DNA of 64,000 bases from a bacterium (GCA_965207065.1 OZ242260.1:3008001-3072000); one strand, 5' to 3'; positions 47,373-57,424 are shown, counted from the stretch's first letter. Numbers and translations are program-made. The notes: generated from the letters alone by a model not told the origin.

Positions 47373-48224
47373 TCAGCCGGTGGATGAGGCCACGAACTCC
47401 GGCTCAATTTTTTTCGGTATGATGCCCGCCTCCGCGGCGCGGCTCAACAGCGTGGAGACGGCCTTTCGCCCGGCGTCGCCGTATGAGCGCGTCCATTCGT
47501 TCACGTACATGCCGACGAAAACGTCCGCCTTATCGCGCGGCAGGTCCCTGGCGTAGGCCATGGCGTGGTCGAGCGCTTCGTCCCGGTTCTCGAGCGCGTA
47601 GACGATGCTCTGGTGAAGCAGGCGGCTCACTTCGCCCACGACCTCGGGCCCCAGGTCCTTTCGGATGACGTTGCAGCCCAGGGGCAGGGGACCACCGGTT
47701 TCGCTCATCCACCACTTGCCGAGGTCCTCCACGAGATGAAAACCTTCCTGCTCATAGGTGAGCTGGCCCTCGTGGATGAGAAGTCCCGCCGGGGAGGCTC
47801 CTTTTTTCACCTCGTCCATGATGTCGTCGAAATGCACCACGCGGTGTTTGGGCTCCTCGCCTCCCATATACAGGCGAAGCGTAAGATACGCCGTGGTCAG
47901 CAGGCCGGGGATGGCGATTTCCACGTCCCGGAGCGCCTCGGGCGTCATCGGTTCGCGCGAGATGATGACGGGGCCGTAATTCTCCCCGAAACTCGCCCCG
48001 TGCGGCAAAATGGCGTAGCGCTCCGCCAGGTGACAGTACGCATGGAAGCTGATGGCGCTCACCTCGTATTTGCCCTCGAATGCGGCCTGGTTCAGCGTTT
48101 CGATGTCGTGGAGTTCATGGATGAATTCATATTCTCCCTGCGCGATCTTCCCGTTCGCCAGCGCATGAAACATGAAGGCATCGTCCGAGTCAGGGCTATG
48201 GGCGACGCGAATCGTTCTGGACAC
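47373..48224 (-). CDS. mqnD: 1,4-Dihydroxy-6-naphthoate synthase (futalosine menaquinone pathway)
   Basis: AHSPDSDDAFMF, DIETLN, PG.LTTA, IHEGQLTY, DLG.WW, PLPLG, MYVN motifs; start GTG 48224 or TTG 48266. Confidence 0.82.
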   Translation of the reverse strand: MSRTIRVAHSPDSDDAFMFHALANGKIAQGEYEFIHELHDIETLNQAAFEGKYEVSAISFHAYCHLAERYAILPHGASFGENYGPVIISREPMTPEALRDVEIAIPGLLTTAYLTLRLYMGGEEPKHRVVHFDDIMDEVKKGASPAGLLIHEGQLTYEQEGFHLVEDLGKWWMSETGGPLPLGCNVIRKDLGPEVVGEVSRLLHQSIVYALENRDEALDHAMAYARDLPRDKADVFVGMYVNEWTRSYGDAGRKAVSTLLSRAAEAGIIPKKIEPEFVASSTG

Positions 48225-48262
48225 TGGTTTTTCTTCTCCAAAAATGCGGTTTTTGTGAGATT

Positions 48263-49390
48263 TCAAGCATCAGAGGACGACAAATAATCCCGCCTCAGAT
48301 CCGGCGCTCCCCCCTCGGCGGCGGAGCGCAAAAGTGCGCCGATGAGAGCCGCCATGGCTTCCAGGTCCGATTCCATGAACGTCTCCACCGGGCTGTGGGA
48401 ATAGCGCCTGGGCATATTGATCGGCACAGTGGGAAGCCCGCCGGGCCGGGATTTGCTCAATGTGGCGGAATCGAGAAACGTGCCCACGAACACGTCTTCC
48501 TGTAAGGGCACGTGGGCGTCGCTCGCCACGTCCTTCACCCACTGGATAAGCTCTGGCGGGGTGATGTAGCCGTAAAGACTCGTGGGCTGGTGATCATACC
48601 TGCGCAATACAGGCCCTGCTCCGATCTTGGATCCACGGGCGTCGGAGCGCCCCGGACCGTCCGAGGGCACGTTGTCGAGCACGATGGCGAGAATGGGCTT
48701 GTCGGCTCCCGTTTCATCCACCGATAGCACCGATGCGCCGCGCCCGCCGATTTCCTCCTGCGCGCAGAAGGCGGCGCTCAGGCGGAGCCTGTCCGAGAGT
48801 GAGTTGGCCGTGTTGATGAACGCCTCCACGCACAGGGCGCATCCCGAGCGGTTGTCCACCGCCTTCGATTTCCAGGCTCCGCCGGGGAGTTGCACAAAGG
48901 GGCTGTGAAATACGCCCGGCGTGCCCGCCTCGATGCCGAGCGCGCGAATGGGCGCGTCGTCGGTAGCGCCTAAATCTATCCACATATTATCGACGCCGGG
49001 GTGCTCCTGGCCCTGTAAGGACTGGAGATGTCCGCTGCGCACGTTAACAACGCCGCGATGAAGTTGCCCGTCCAGCGTCAGGAGCGCGACCTCGCGGCCC
49101 GGGAAGATCGAATCCGCCACGAGCCCCACTTTTTCGAAGCGAATCGCGCCGCCCGCCTCCACGTTCGTGACGACGAAGCCGACTTCGTCCATGTGGCATT
49201 CCAGGAGGATGTGAGTGGCTGCCTCGTGCGCTTCGTGGCGGGCGATGAGGTTGCCGATGGGGTCGCGCCGCAACCCGCTCGCGCTGTCTTTCACCATCTC
49301 CGCAATGGCGTCGCGCACAGCGCCCTCATGCCCCGGCGGGCCGGGCAGGGAGCAGAGCGTCTTCATTCTCTCGAGCAGGGGCGACGGCAT
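48263..49390 (-). CDS. M42 family metallo-aminopeptidase
   Basis: HMDEVG, KAVDNR, QEEIG.RGA, RYSHSPVE motifs. Confidence 0.88.
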   Translation of the reverse strand: MPSPLLERMKTLCSLPGPPGHEGAVRDAIAEMVKDSASGLRRDPIGNLIARHEAHEAATHILLECHMDEVGFVVTNVEAGGAIRFEKVGLVADSIFPGREVALLTLDGQLHRGVVNVRSGHLQSLQGQEHPGVDNMWIDLGATDDAPIRALGIEAGTPGVFHSPFVQLPGGAWKSKAVDNRSGCALCVEAFINTANSLSDRLRLSAAFCAQEEIGGRGASVLSVDETGADKPILAIVLDNVPSDGPGRSDARGSKIGAGPVLRRYDHQPTSLYGYITPPELIQWVKDVASDAHVPLQEDVFVGTFLDSATLSKSRPGGLPTVPINMPRRYSHSPVETFMESDLEAMAALIGALLRSAAEGGAPDLRRDYLSSSDA

Positions 49391-49604
49391 TTCATTATCC
49401 CGAAAATTTGGTAATTTGCGATGAATTCCTGGGCGCGGCAATACTCTCACGGAGGGCAACGCTTGCCAAGCCGGAGAGCCTTTGGAGTCAAGAATAAATT
49501 GACCGTGCGGGATTGAGGTTGTAGGCTTTGGCGCGATGCCCTCGTAAACGAATGACGTGCTCGTCCCATTGATGGAGAGAACTGCGGTGAGCGGCGGTGG
49601 TCAA

Positions 49605-50291
49605 ATGACGGATTTATTGAGCGTGGTGATGCCGTGTTTCAACGAACGGGACACGATTTGCGAAATTGTCGCCAGAGTCCGGGCGGTGCCGATGAACATC
49701 GAGCTCATCATCGTGGACGACGGCAGCACGGACGGAACACGGGACATCCTGGCCGAGATCGAACAAAACGGCGCGCGCGTCATTTACCGGGAGAAAAACG
49801 AGGGTAAGGGAGCCGCCCTGTGCGACGGCTTCGCGGCGGCGAACGGGGATGTGATCGTCGTGCAGGATGCGGACCTGGAATACGACCCTGACGAATACGC
49901 CGATTTGTATGACCCCATCCGCCGGGGGGCGGCCGACGTGGTCTACGGCACGCGCTTCGGCGGAAAGCCCCAGCGCGTGCACATGTTCTGGCACAAGGTG
50001 GGAAACCACATGCTGACCACTCTCGCCAACATGTTGTTCAACTGTACGCTCACCGACATGGAAACCTGTTACAAGATGTTCCGCCGTGAGGTGGTGAAGG
50101 ATATGACAATTCGCGCCAGGGGGTTCGACTTCGAGCCGGAATTCACCGCGAAAATCCTGAAACCGGCGAAGTGGCGCATCTACGAGGTGCCGATATCCTA
50201 CTACGGCCGAACCTACGCAGAAGGCAAGAAGATAACCTGGCGAGACGGTTTTATCGCCGTGTGGACGCTCCTGCGCGAGCGGTTCTCCTGA
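49605..50291 (+). CDS. GT2 glycosyltransferase (DPM1-like)
   Basis: PCFNE, VDDGSTDGT, QDADLEYDP, TDMETCYK, EGKKITWRDG motifs. Confidence 0.93.
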   Translation: MTDLLSVVMPCFNERDTICEIVARVRAVPMNIELIIVDDGSTDGTRDILAEIEQNGARVIYREKNEGKGAALCDGFAAANGDVIVVQDADLEYDPDEYADLYDPIRRGAADVVYGTRFGGKPQRVHMFWHKVGNHMLTTLANMLFNCTLTDMETCYKMFRREVVKDMTIRARGFDFEPEFTAKILKPAKWRIYEVPISYYGRTYAEGKKITWRDGFIAVWTLLRERFS

Positions 50292-50292
50292 A

Positions 50293-51366
50293 TCATCCCC
50301 TGACGCGGGCGCATACCGCCTCGGTGATGGCTTTGGAGCCGTCGACAGAGCGCCCCTTGTTGTCCAGACGGATCTCCCCGGCCTCGAGCGCTCCCCACAC
50401 GCTGGTTTCTATCTGGTTCGCGGCCTCGCTCTCCCCGATGTGGGCGAGCATGAGGGCGGCGGAGAGAATGAGGCTCAACGGATTGGCGATTCCCTGACCG
50501 GCGATGTCGGGGGCTGAGCCATGCACCGCCTCGAAAAACGCGAATTTCTCCCCGATGTTCCCGGACGGACACATGCCGAGGCCGCCGGCCGTGGCGCCGC
50601 CCAAATCGCTCAACAAATCTCCCAGCATGTTCTCCATCACCAGCACGTCGTAGTGCGCCGGGCGAATCACCAGATGGTTGGCGCAGGCATCCGAATAGAC
50701 CGCCTCGGCCTCGATGTCGGGGTAATCCGCCGCCACCTCGAAGAATACCTCGCGGAACAAGGCCATGGAGCGAAGCACGTTGCTCTTGTCCACGCAGGTG
50801 ACGCGCCGCACGCCGTCTTCTGGCGCGCCGTTTCTTGTGCGCGAGAGTTCGAAGGCGAACCGCACGACGCGCTCCACGCCCGGGCGGGTGATGATCATGG
50901 TGTCGGCCACGGCGTTGGGGCCGCCTACCCCCTTGTCGCGCGAGGCGTAGAGGCCTTCGGTGTTCTCGCGGATCACGACGTAGTCGATGCCGCCGGGCGC
51001 ATAGCCCGCCAGTGGACTCCGGATGCCCGGGTAGAGTTTGACGGGCCGCATGTTGGCGAACAGGTCGAGCCCCGTTCTGAGCACGCCGCCCAGAAGCCCC
51101 GCCTCGGTACCCTCCGGCGTGCGGACGGCCGGATTCCCGACCGGCGCCTTGAGGACGCCGTCCGCTTCGCGGCAGGCCTGCATGGTTTCATCGCTGATGC
51201 GCTTGCCGTACCTGGCGTAGCGGCCCGCTCCCGCTTCGTGTTCTTCCAGTCTCAGCGTTAAGGTCTCGTTTGTGCGCTGCACGGCTTCGAGAACGGCGAT
51301 GGTGGATTCCATGAGTTCCGGGCCGATCCCGTCCCCCGGGATGGTGATGATTCGATATTCCTTCAT
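50293..51366 (-). CDS. Isocitrate/isopropylmalate/tartrate dehydrogenase family protein
   Basis: PGDGIGPE, RENTEGLY, VDKSNV, GDLLSD, EAVHGSAPDIAG.GIANP motifs. Confidence 0.93.
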   Translation of the reverse strand: MKEYRIITIPGDGIGPELMESTIAVLEAVQRTNETLTLRLEEHEAGAGRYARYGKRISDETMQACREADGVLKAPVGNPAVRTPEGTEAGLLGGVLRTGLDLFANMRPVKLYPGIRSPLAGYAPGGIDYVVIRENTEGLYASRDKGVGGPNAVADTMIITRPGVERVVRFAFELSRTRNGAPEDGVRRVTCVDKSNVLRSMALFREVFFEVAADYPDIEAEAVYSDACANHLVIRPAHYDVLVMENMLGDLLSDLGGATAGGLGMCPSGNIGEKFAFFEAVHGSAPDIAGQGIANPLSLILSAALMLAHIGESEAANQIETSVWGALEAGEIRLDNKGRSVDGSKAITEAVCARVRG

Positions 51367-51484
51367 TTTCTCTCCTGGAGTATTTTGTTTGGCGGATTAC
51401 TGCCTCTACATCTGCGCGGAGAAGCGGGTATAATCACTCCTCCAAGGGAGCGGCGTTTCCATCAGTAAGGGAGTTTAACGAAAA

Positions 51485-52258
51485 TTGATTCGGTTGGAGA
51501 ACCCCCGGAGCGAATCTATCCAGAAATTCCTGCGCTCGCAGGGGCCGCTCGGGATACGCATTACGGGAACAATCGCGGAAGGGGGAAGGGAGGTCCCCCT
51601 CTGGGTGGACGATCTTGCTGCGCCCCAGATGGTGGTGAACACCGGTCGCGGCTGGCTCGCGCCGCTGGGGCGGCCCGAGGCGATACTCGCGAAACTGGGA
51701 GACATGGAGGGCCTTTCCGCGCAGATGGAGGAGAGCGACGGCTATCTCAAATTCTCCTCTCTATCGCTCGAGGTGCAAAAGGCGATCGAGAGACGAAGGA
51801 AACTCATCCGCGCGTCGCCCGTGGGCATGTTCATTCTGGAGAAAAAAGATTTCAGGCCCGTCTTCAGCACCCACCGGATTGAGAGCCTCAAAACCGAGGA
51901 TGCGAAGACGCTGGCCGAGAATTCCCCCTACGACCAGGGGGAGGAATACGCCCTGGCGAGAATCACGAATGCCCCCACCGCGGCGATACGCATCGAGGGC
52001 GAACTCGCCTCCTACATAGTCGTTCACGCGAACGGCTCCATCGGCATGCTGCACACGATGGATCACTTCCGCGGCCAGGGCCTTGCGCGCGTGGTGGTGT
52101 CCGCCCTCGTCGAGGCGCAATTCGCCAGGGGACGCGAGGCGTATTGCTATATCGTGGAGGGAAACGAGGCGTCCGAGCGCGTGTTCGAAAGCGTGGGCTT
52201 CAAGCGGGTGATGGACGTCTACTGGAGCGCCTTCGAAAGGCGGGAGGCCGCACCCTGA
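51485..52258 (+). CDS. GNAT acetyltransferase (C-terminal FR47-like domain)
   Basis: IGMLHT.DHFRGQGLA and N.AS..VFESVGF motifs. Confidence 0.82.
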   Translation: MIRLENPRSESIQKFLRSQGPLGIRITGTIAEGGREVPLWVDDLAAPQMVVNTGRGWLAPLGRPEAILAKLGDMEGLSAQMEESDGYLKFSSLSLEVQKAIERRRKLIRASPVGMFILEKKDFRPVFSTHRIESLKTEDAKTLAENSPYDQGEEYALARITNAPTAAIRIEGELASYIVVHANGSIGMLHTMDHFRGQGLARVVVSALVEAQFARGREAYCYIVEGNEASERVFESVGFKRVMDVYWSAFERREAAP

Positions 52259-52367
52259 CTCCCGATCTCGCAAGTGCGAGGCTGTTCTCCCCAAAGGAAT
52301 CGACAAAATCCCGAAATTGGACTAATTTTCCGTATTCGCCATTCATCTTTTCATGGGAGGTTGATAG

Positions 52368-53006
52368 ATGCAGAAAGAAGACTATATCGACAGGCCGCCC
52401 GGCCCTCTCGGGGGCTTGTGGAGCATGTGGTATCTGGATCCGTTCCTGATGATCAAGCGCGAGTTGAGCGGGTTCAGGAAAGTCCGCCACAAGGCGTTTG
52501 AGGATCAGCTGAAACCCGGCCAGCCAGCCCCTCCGGTGAAGCTTGAGAGCACGTCGGGCGAAACCGTGGACCTGGCCGATTTTCTCGGGAAGAAGAACGT
52601 CGTCCTGGAATTCGGCGCCATCACGTGACCGCCATTCCGCCGGCAGGTGCCGGGCATGGACGAGTTGCAAGAGCGCTACAAGGACAAGGACGTCGAGTTC
52701 TTCGTGGTCTATTCCAAGGAACCCCACGCGCAGGAGCGCAAGTACTTCAAAAAATACACCCAGCACACCACCTTCGAGCACAAGATGGACTACGCGAAGG
52801 AGCTGGTGGCCGAATTCGGCATGAAAATCCCCGTACTGGTGGACGACGTCGACGAGGCGGTGGTGAACGCCTTCGGGCGCATGCCGAACATGGTCTTCGT
52901 CATCGACAAGGAGGGGAACATCGCCTACAAGGCGAGCTGGACCGAGCAGCCGAGAATCGACCGGGTGCTGGATGAACTCCTGGCCGAGCAGGCCGTTACA
53001 GCTTAA
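52368..53006 (+). CDS. Deiodinase-like (thioredoxin-fold) selenoprotein with an in-frame UGA
   Basis: Track ORFs 52368..52628 and 52647..53006 share a frame. Read-through gives VVLEFGAIT-U-PPF...FFVVYSKEPH...VLVDD...FGRMPN.VFVID..G.I.YK, the deiodinase signature. SD GGGAGG; 212 aa. Confidence 0.9.
52629..52659 (+). promoter_or_regulatory. Candidate bacterial SECIS element
   Basis: After the UGA: CCAU..CCGGC[AGGU]GCCGG..AUGG. The upper stem starts 11 nt after the UGA and has G at loop position 2. Confidence 0.7.
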
Positions 53007-53018
53007 GCGAAGCGACAC

Positions 53019-53052
53019 AAAAGAGGCGGCTCCTCGGGGCCGTCTTTTTTTT
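53019..53052 (+). terminator. Intrinsic terminator
   Basis: AAGAGGCGGCTC-CTCG-GGGCCGTCTTTTTTTT, between convergent genes. Confidence 0.8.
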
Positions 53053-53061
53053 ATGTGAGAA

Positions 53062-54264
53062 TCAGCGGACCTTCGGCAGGAAGAGCGCGAACGCGCACGC
53101 GGCGATGAAAAAGCCGGGCAGCGCCCAGAAGGCGTTGGCGAGGCCGAACCACTCGCCGAGAACGGACATCGGATAGACCGAAAGGCTCGCGATGAACCAC
53201 GAGAGGCCGAGCGTGATGGAGCTGGCCAGCCCCCGGTTGTGCGGCATCAGTTGCTGGGCGAAGGCCATCGTCACCCCCATCGGGAGGTAGGTGGCGACGC
53301 CCAGGAAAGCCAGCAATACGAAGCCCCACTCGGGCGGCGCGATCAAAAATGCACAGACGCACAAGGCGCCTATCCCGATGCCGCCGACGATAAGTTCTTT
53401 TTTCCCGAAACGGTCTCCCAAAAAGCCGCCTACCAGGACGCCCACTGCGCCCGAGGTGAGCATGATGGCGCTGGCCGCTCCCCCGCTCCAGATGCTCATG
53501 CCGTGTTCGGCGTACAGCGAGGGTATGAGGCTGATGAAATTGATGTTCACGACGGCGCGGCAAATGGTGACGCCCGAGAGAAGAAGCAGCGGCGTGCCTG
53601 CAGAGCGCAGCGCTGTGACGAAATCCCAGATGGAGGCTTTTTTATCTCCGCTGCTTGGGGGTGACTCAGGCTTCGGCAGCCCGTATTTCACCGTCAGGGC
53701 CATCGCGACGGCGACCAGGGTGAACGCCCACAGCCATTTCATGCCCCCGAGCGAGACGATGCCGATGGCGATGACGGGCCCAAGGCCGTGGCCCACGCGC
53801 CCTCCGGCGATGAAAACGCTCACCACCAGCCCCTTGCGGTTTTCCGAAAGCGCGCCCGCGCGCGACGCCATGTCCGGATGGCACAGGCCGACCATCGAAC
53901 CGCCGACCGCGACCATGAGGGTGAGCACCGTGAAGTTGGGCGCCCAGCCGATGGAGGTGATGAACAGCGCGCTGCCCACCATCCCCACGGCGAGCCAGGG
54001 AAGAGTCGGCCAGCGGTCCACGAGAATCGCCGTCACGGGTTGTGAGAGCGCCGCGCTCATCGAGGCGAACGTGAGGAGTAGACCGCCCGTTGAGAGGGAA
54101 ACCTGGAATTGCTCCCGAATCAGGGGCAGCAGAGGTGCGATGAAATTTATCGTGCCGTCCACGACGAAGTGGGCGGTGAACAGGATGGCGAGCGCCCCCC
54201 AGGGGATATCCTGCGCCGGGTCTTGCGCGCCTGCCCCCGTATCGATCTCTTCCGCCCGGCTCAT
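53062..54264 (-). CDS. MFS transporter (Fsr-like)
   Basis: AHFVVD, QP, CHP, GGRVG.GLGP, GDRFGKK motifs. The real start MSRAEE at 54264 overlaps the upstream stop (ATGA); the track's longer N-terminus is spurious. Confidence 0.9.
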   Translation of the reverse strand: MSRAEEIDTGAGAQDPAQDIPWGALAILFTAHFVVDGTINFIAPLLPLIREQFQVSLSTGGLLLTFASMSAALSQPVTAILVDRWPTLPWLAVGMVGSALFITSIGWAPNFTVLTLMVAVGGSMVGLCHPDMASRAGALSENRKGLVVSVFIAGGRVGHGLGPVIAIGIVSLGGMKWLWAFTLVAVAMALTVKYGLPKPESPPSSGDKKASIWDFVTALRSAGTPLLLLSGVTICRAVVNINFISLIPSLYAEHGMSIWSGGAASAIMLTSGAVGVLVGGFLGDRFGKKELIVGGIGIGALCVCAFLIAPPEWGFVLLAFLGVATYLPMGVTMAFAQQLMPHNRGLASSITLGLSWFIASLSVYPMSVLGEWFGLANAFWALPGFFIAACAFALFLPKVR

Positions 54265-55457
54265 GATTCGCTCACTTGCACCTGGGGTTGGAGGGCGTTT
54301 TCCCTGTGCAGGAAGATGGCGATGCACCCGCCGACCATGAACATCGAGGCGTAGAAGGTGAAGGCCATTTGAAGCCCCATCGCTTCGGCCACGAGGCCGC
54401 CGATGAGAGGCGAGAGCGCGCTTGCGGCCTCGTTGAAGCCATAGATCATTCCCACCGAGCTCGATCGCACCCGCTCGTCCACGAGTTCCGTGCCGACGGC
54501 AAGCACCAGGGTCGGCACCGGCGTGAGGATACAGGCGACGGCGAAAAGCGCGAGCAGCAGCGTCGTGAGGCTCGAGACCCAGGTGAGAGAGGCCATGGCG
54601 GTGGCGCACATGAAGGTGAGCACGACGATGAGCTTCGTCCTGCCCGTTTTGTCCGACCACCTGCCGATAATGATGGACATTGTCGAACCGATGAGGAAAT
54701 AGGCGCTGAGCATCCAGCCCACCCCCTTGGTGTCGAAGCCGAATTGCTCCGCCAGAAGGAGCGGCAAAAAGGCCATGAAGCCGCGAAAGCCCATGATCCG
54801 GAACGAGGAGAGGGCGATGAGGAGCATCAACGACTTGTTGCGGAACAGCGCGCCGAAGGTGGACCTCGCCGCCTGGCGGAAGGGGAGGCGTTCTCCGAGT
54901 TGATCCTGAAAGCGGAACCAGATGAGCGCCGCCCAGATGACGCCGGGGATGACGTAGAACTGCGCCGCCATGCGCCAACTCGCCAGATAGACGGCGAGCC
55001 AGCCGACGATGGCGGGCGAGATGATGTTCCCCATCTCGCCCCCGCCGTTGAACAGGCCCGTGCAGAACCCACGCCTCTCGGGGAGTTCACGCGTGATGAG
55101 CGCCACGGCCGGCGGATGGTAGGCCGCGCTCCCGATGCCGCCGATGAAGACAAACAGCAGCAGAAGGGAGTAGTTGGCCGCGTAGCCGTAGAGCAGAACG
55201 GGAAGCGCCTGGGTGAGCAGGGAGAGGGCCAGTACGGTCCGCCAGCGCCGGGTGTAGTCCGATATGAAGGAAAGGGGGAACTGAAAAACGCTGTTCGCCA
55301 CCGAGTAGGTCGTCACGATGAGGCCCGCCTGGACGTAGTTGAGCTCGAATTCCGCGACGATGAGCGGGAGCACGGGGATGAGAAGCTGGGTATAGAAGGC
55401 GTTTATGGCGTGGCTGCCCGCGATCGCGAAAAGGTTGAATATCTTCGATGGGGCCAT
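54261..55457 (-). CDS. MFS transporter (Fsr-like)
   Basis: SHAIN, AYHPP, RRG...G.FNGGG, GRWSDKTGR motifs; about 12 transmembrane segments. Confidence 0.9.
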   Translation of the reverse strand: MAPSKIFNLFAIAGSHAINAFYTQLLIPVLPLIVAEFELNYVQAGLIVTTYSVANSVFQFPLSFISDYTRRWRTVLALSLLTQALPVLLYGYAANYSLLLLFVFIGGIGSAAYHPPAVALITRELPERRGFCTGLFNGGGEMGNIISPAIVGWLAVYLASWRMAAQFYVIPGVIWAALIWFRFQDQLGERLPFRQAARSTFGALFRNKSLMLLIALSSFRIMGFRGFMAFLPLLLAEQFGFDTKGVGWMLSAYFLIGSTMSIIIGRWSDKTGRTKLIVVLTFMCATAMASLTWVSSLTTLLLALFAVACILTPVPTLVLAVGTELVDERVRSSSVGMIYGFNEAASALSPLIGGLVAEAMGLQMAFTFYASMFMVGGCIAIFLHRENALQPQVQVSES

Positions 55458-55739
55458 AAGACTTCCAGTGATGACGGAGGATGCGAAAAATAAGTTCACT
55501 AGGCTTATAGGTTCTGGGGAAAACGCGCGTCAATGCCGTGCGGCTCAAGCGCGTGAAAAGGAGAGAGTGAGTCGTCTGGTCTCCAAGCCTTGATTTCGGA
55601 GAATAATTGGCGCGAAACGCCCTGTGAATAGGCGATTTTCCTGTTGGTTGTGACGCCCAAAGCGCTTGACTTCCCCCGGCGCGGACGAGGACACTTGGCC
55701 TTTCGTTCGGGTCAACACAGCGATGAGAGAGAATGACGC

Positions 55740-56531
55740 ATGAACCAGCCCCCGGGATTCGATGAAAAGGCGGCACGGCGCGTTGAGGCCGTCTATACAA
55801 CGGCGGACGTGGCCGCGCAGCGCGACGCTCTCTTGGAGATTGTCGCTCCCCGGCCGGGCGAGCGCGTACTCGATCTGGGTTCCGGCCCCGGCTTTATGAC
55901 GCTGGAAGCCGGACGCATGGTGGGGGAGGGGGGCGCCGTTTCCGGTGTGGACAAGAGCGCGCCCATGCTGGCCCTCGCCGAGAAGCGTTGCGCGTCGCAG
56001 CCTCAGGTGTCGTTCCGTGAGGCGGACGCCCTGAGCCTGCCTTTCGAGGATGGCGGTTTCGATGCGGCCATCATCTCCCAGGTGTATGAGTACGTCACCG
56101 ACATGGAGGCCGCCCTGGCGGAGCTCTACCGCGTGCTGCTGCCCGGCGGCCGCGCCCTCATCATGGACACCGACTGGGGTTCGCTCGTCTGGAACGCGGA
56201 GGACGCCGCGCGGGCGGAGAGGATATTCAAAGCGTGGGACGCGCATCTGGCGGATCCTCATCTGCCGAGAAGGTTATCGACCCTGCTCAAAGTCGCGGGT
56301 TTCGAGATTGCGAGCGTGAGGGTTTTGCCGCTGCTTAATACGGAGTATCCTGCGGAGAACTACAGCCACGGGATGGTGAGCGTCATCGTGCCCTTCGTCA
56401 TCCAAAAGGGCGGTGTGCCGAAAGAAGAGGCAAAAGCCTGGGCCGAGGATTTATTGGCGCTGGGCGAACGTGGCGAGTATTTCTTCAGTCTCAACCGCTA
56501 CGTGTTTCTGGCGAGAAAACCAGGGGCCTAG
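55740..56531 (+). CDS. Class I SAM-dependent methyltransferase (UbiE-like)
   Basis: VLDLGSGPG, GVDKS..ML, LPFEDGGFD, RVLLPGG, DTDW motifs. Confidence 0.9.
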   Translation: MNQPPGFDEKAARRVEAVYTTADVAAQRDALLEIVAPRPGERVLDLGSGPGFMTLEAGRMVGEGGAVSGVDKSAPMLALAEKRCASQPQVSFREADALSLPFEDGGFDAAIISQVYEYVTDMEAALAELYRVLLPGGRALIMDTDWGSLVWNAEDAARAERIFKAWDAHLADPHLPRRLSTLLKVAGFEIASVRVLPLLNTEYPAENYSHGMVSVIVPFVIQKGGVPKEEAKAWAEDLLALGERGEYFFSLNRYVFLARKPGA

Positions 56532-56532
56532 A

Positions 56533-57423
56533 ATGGACAGATACATCGACTGCCACAACCACCTGCACGGGTTCAGCTTCGACGACTGGGAGCTACAGGG
56601 CATGTGCGGGATGGTGGGTTCCATTCTCTCGTGCGGGAATCCCCACGTGCACCGCGAGATTTGGAAGCGCGCGCCCGAATCAGAAGATGTGAAGAGGCTT
56701 TGGGAGAGCCCCCTCAGAATGGCGGAAGCCGCCGAGGCCAAACACCATATTCGCGCCATGTGCGCCGTGGGGGTCAGCTCGATGACGCGGGTGGACGGCT
56801 GGGAGCGACTCATCGACGCGCTTCCCGGCTATCTGGAGAGTGAGCGGGTGGCCGCTCTGGGCGAAGTGGGCCTGGACCCGGGGCAGTATTTCGGCTTTTC
56901 CTGGGACCTGGAAGATCAGGCCAAATGCCTGGAAGCGCAGGCGCGCATCGCGGTGGAACTCAAAAAGCCCCTGATTCTTCATACGCCGACGTACAAGAAC
57001 CCGAAAGAATTCCTGGGCGGCGTGGACACGCAAGGAGAAGTTTCGCCAGAAGCGTTCAGGCTCCATTACCTGAAGATGGACCTGGAAGTCATTGATGCCG
57101 CAGGGCTTGATCACTCACTGCTCGTGATCGACCACGTGGATGCGACGATAGTGGATTTCGTTCACGAAGAGACAGGCGCATGGTGCGCGACGAGCCTCGG
57201 CAGCCGCCTTCGGCCGATTCCCCCGGCTGCCGTCGTGGAGTGGGTGCGGCGTCATGGTGCGGGACGGATGATGCTCAACTCCGACCTCATTCCCTACACG
57301 TCGAACGACCTCTACTGCATCCCCCGGGCGATCCGCGCCATGCGCCGGGGTGGCATCGCCGAGGCGGAGATTGAAAAAGCCGCCTTTGGAAACGCGAACG
57401 CGCTCTTCGGCTTCGACCTCTAG
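56533..57423 (+). CDS. TatD-related metallohydrolase
   Basis: YIDCHNH, ALGEVGLD, LILHTP, VIDH, LNSD, NA..LF motifs. Confidence 0.85.
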   Translation: MDRYIDCHNHLHGFSFDDWELQGMCGMVGSILSCGNPHVHREIWKRAPESEDVKRLWESPLRMAEAAEAKHHIRAMCAVGVSSMTRVDGWERLIDALPGYLESERVAALGEVGLDPGQYFGFSWDLEDQAKCLEAQARIAVELKKPLILHTPTYKNPKEFLGGVDTQGEVSPEAFRLHYLKMDLEVIDAAGLDHSLLVIDHVDATIVDFVHEETGAWCATSLGSRLRPIPPAAVVEWVRRHGAGRMMLNSDLIPYTSNDLYCIPRAIRAMRRGGIAEAEIEKAAFGNANALFGFDL

Positions 57424-57424
57424 A

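Noticed and set aside
50293-51366. Calling this gene leuB or icd
   Set aside because: The family motifs are clear, but it has no leu or TCA gene context and the specificity loop is not diagnostic by eye.
53062-54978. 638-aa ORF read as an MFS with a long N-terminal extension
   Set aside because: The first 238 codons overlap the upstream MFS gene in another frame. The real start is the ATG at 54264.
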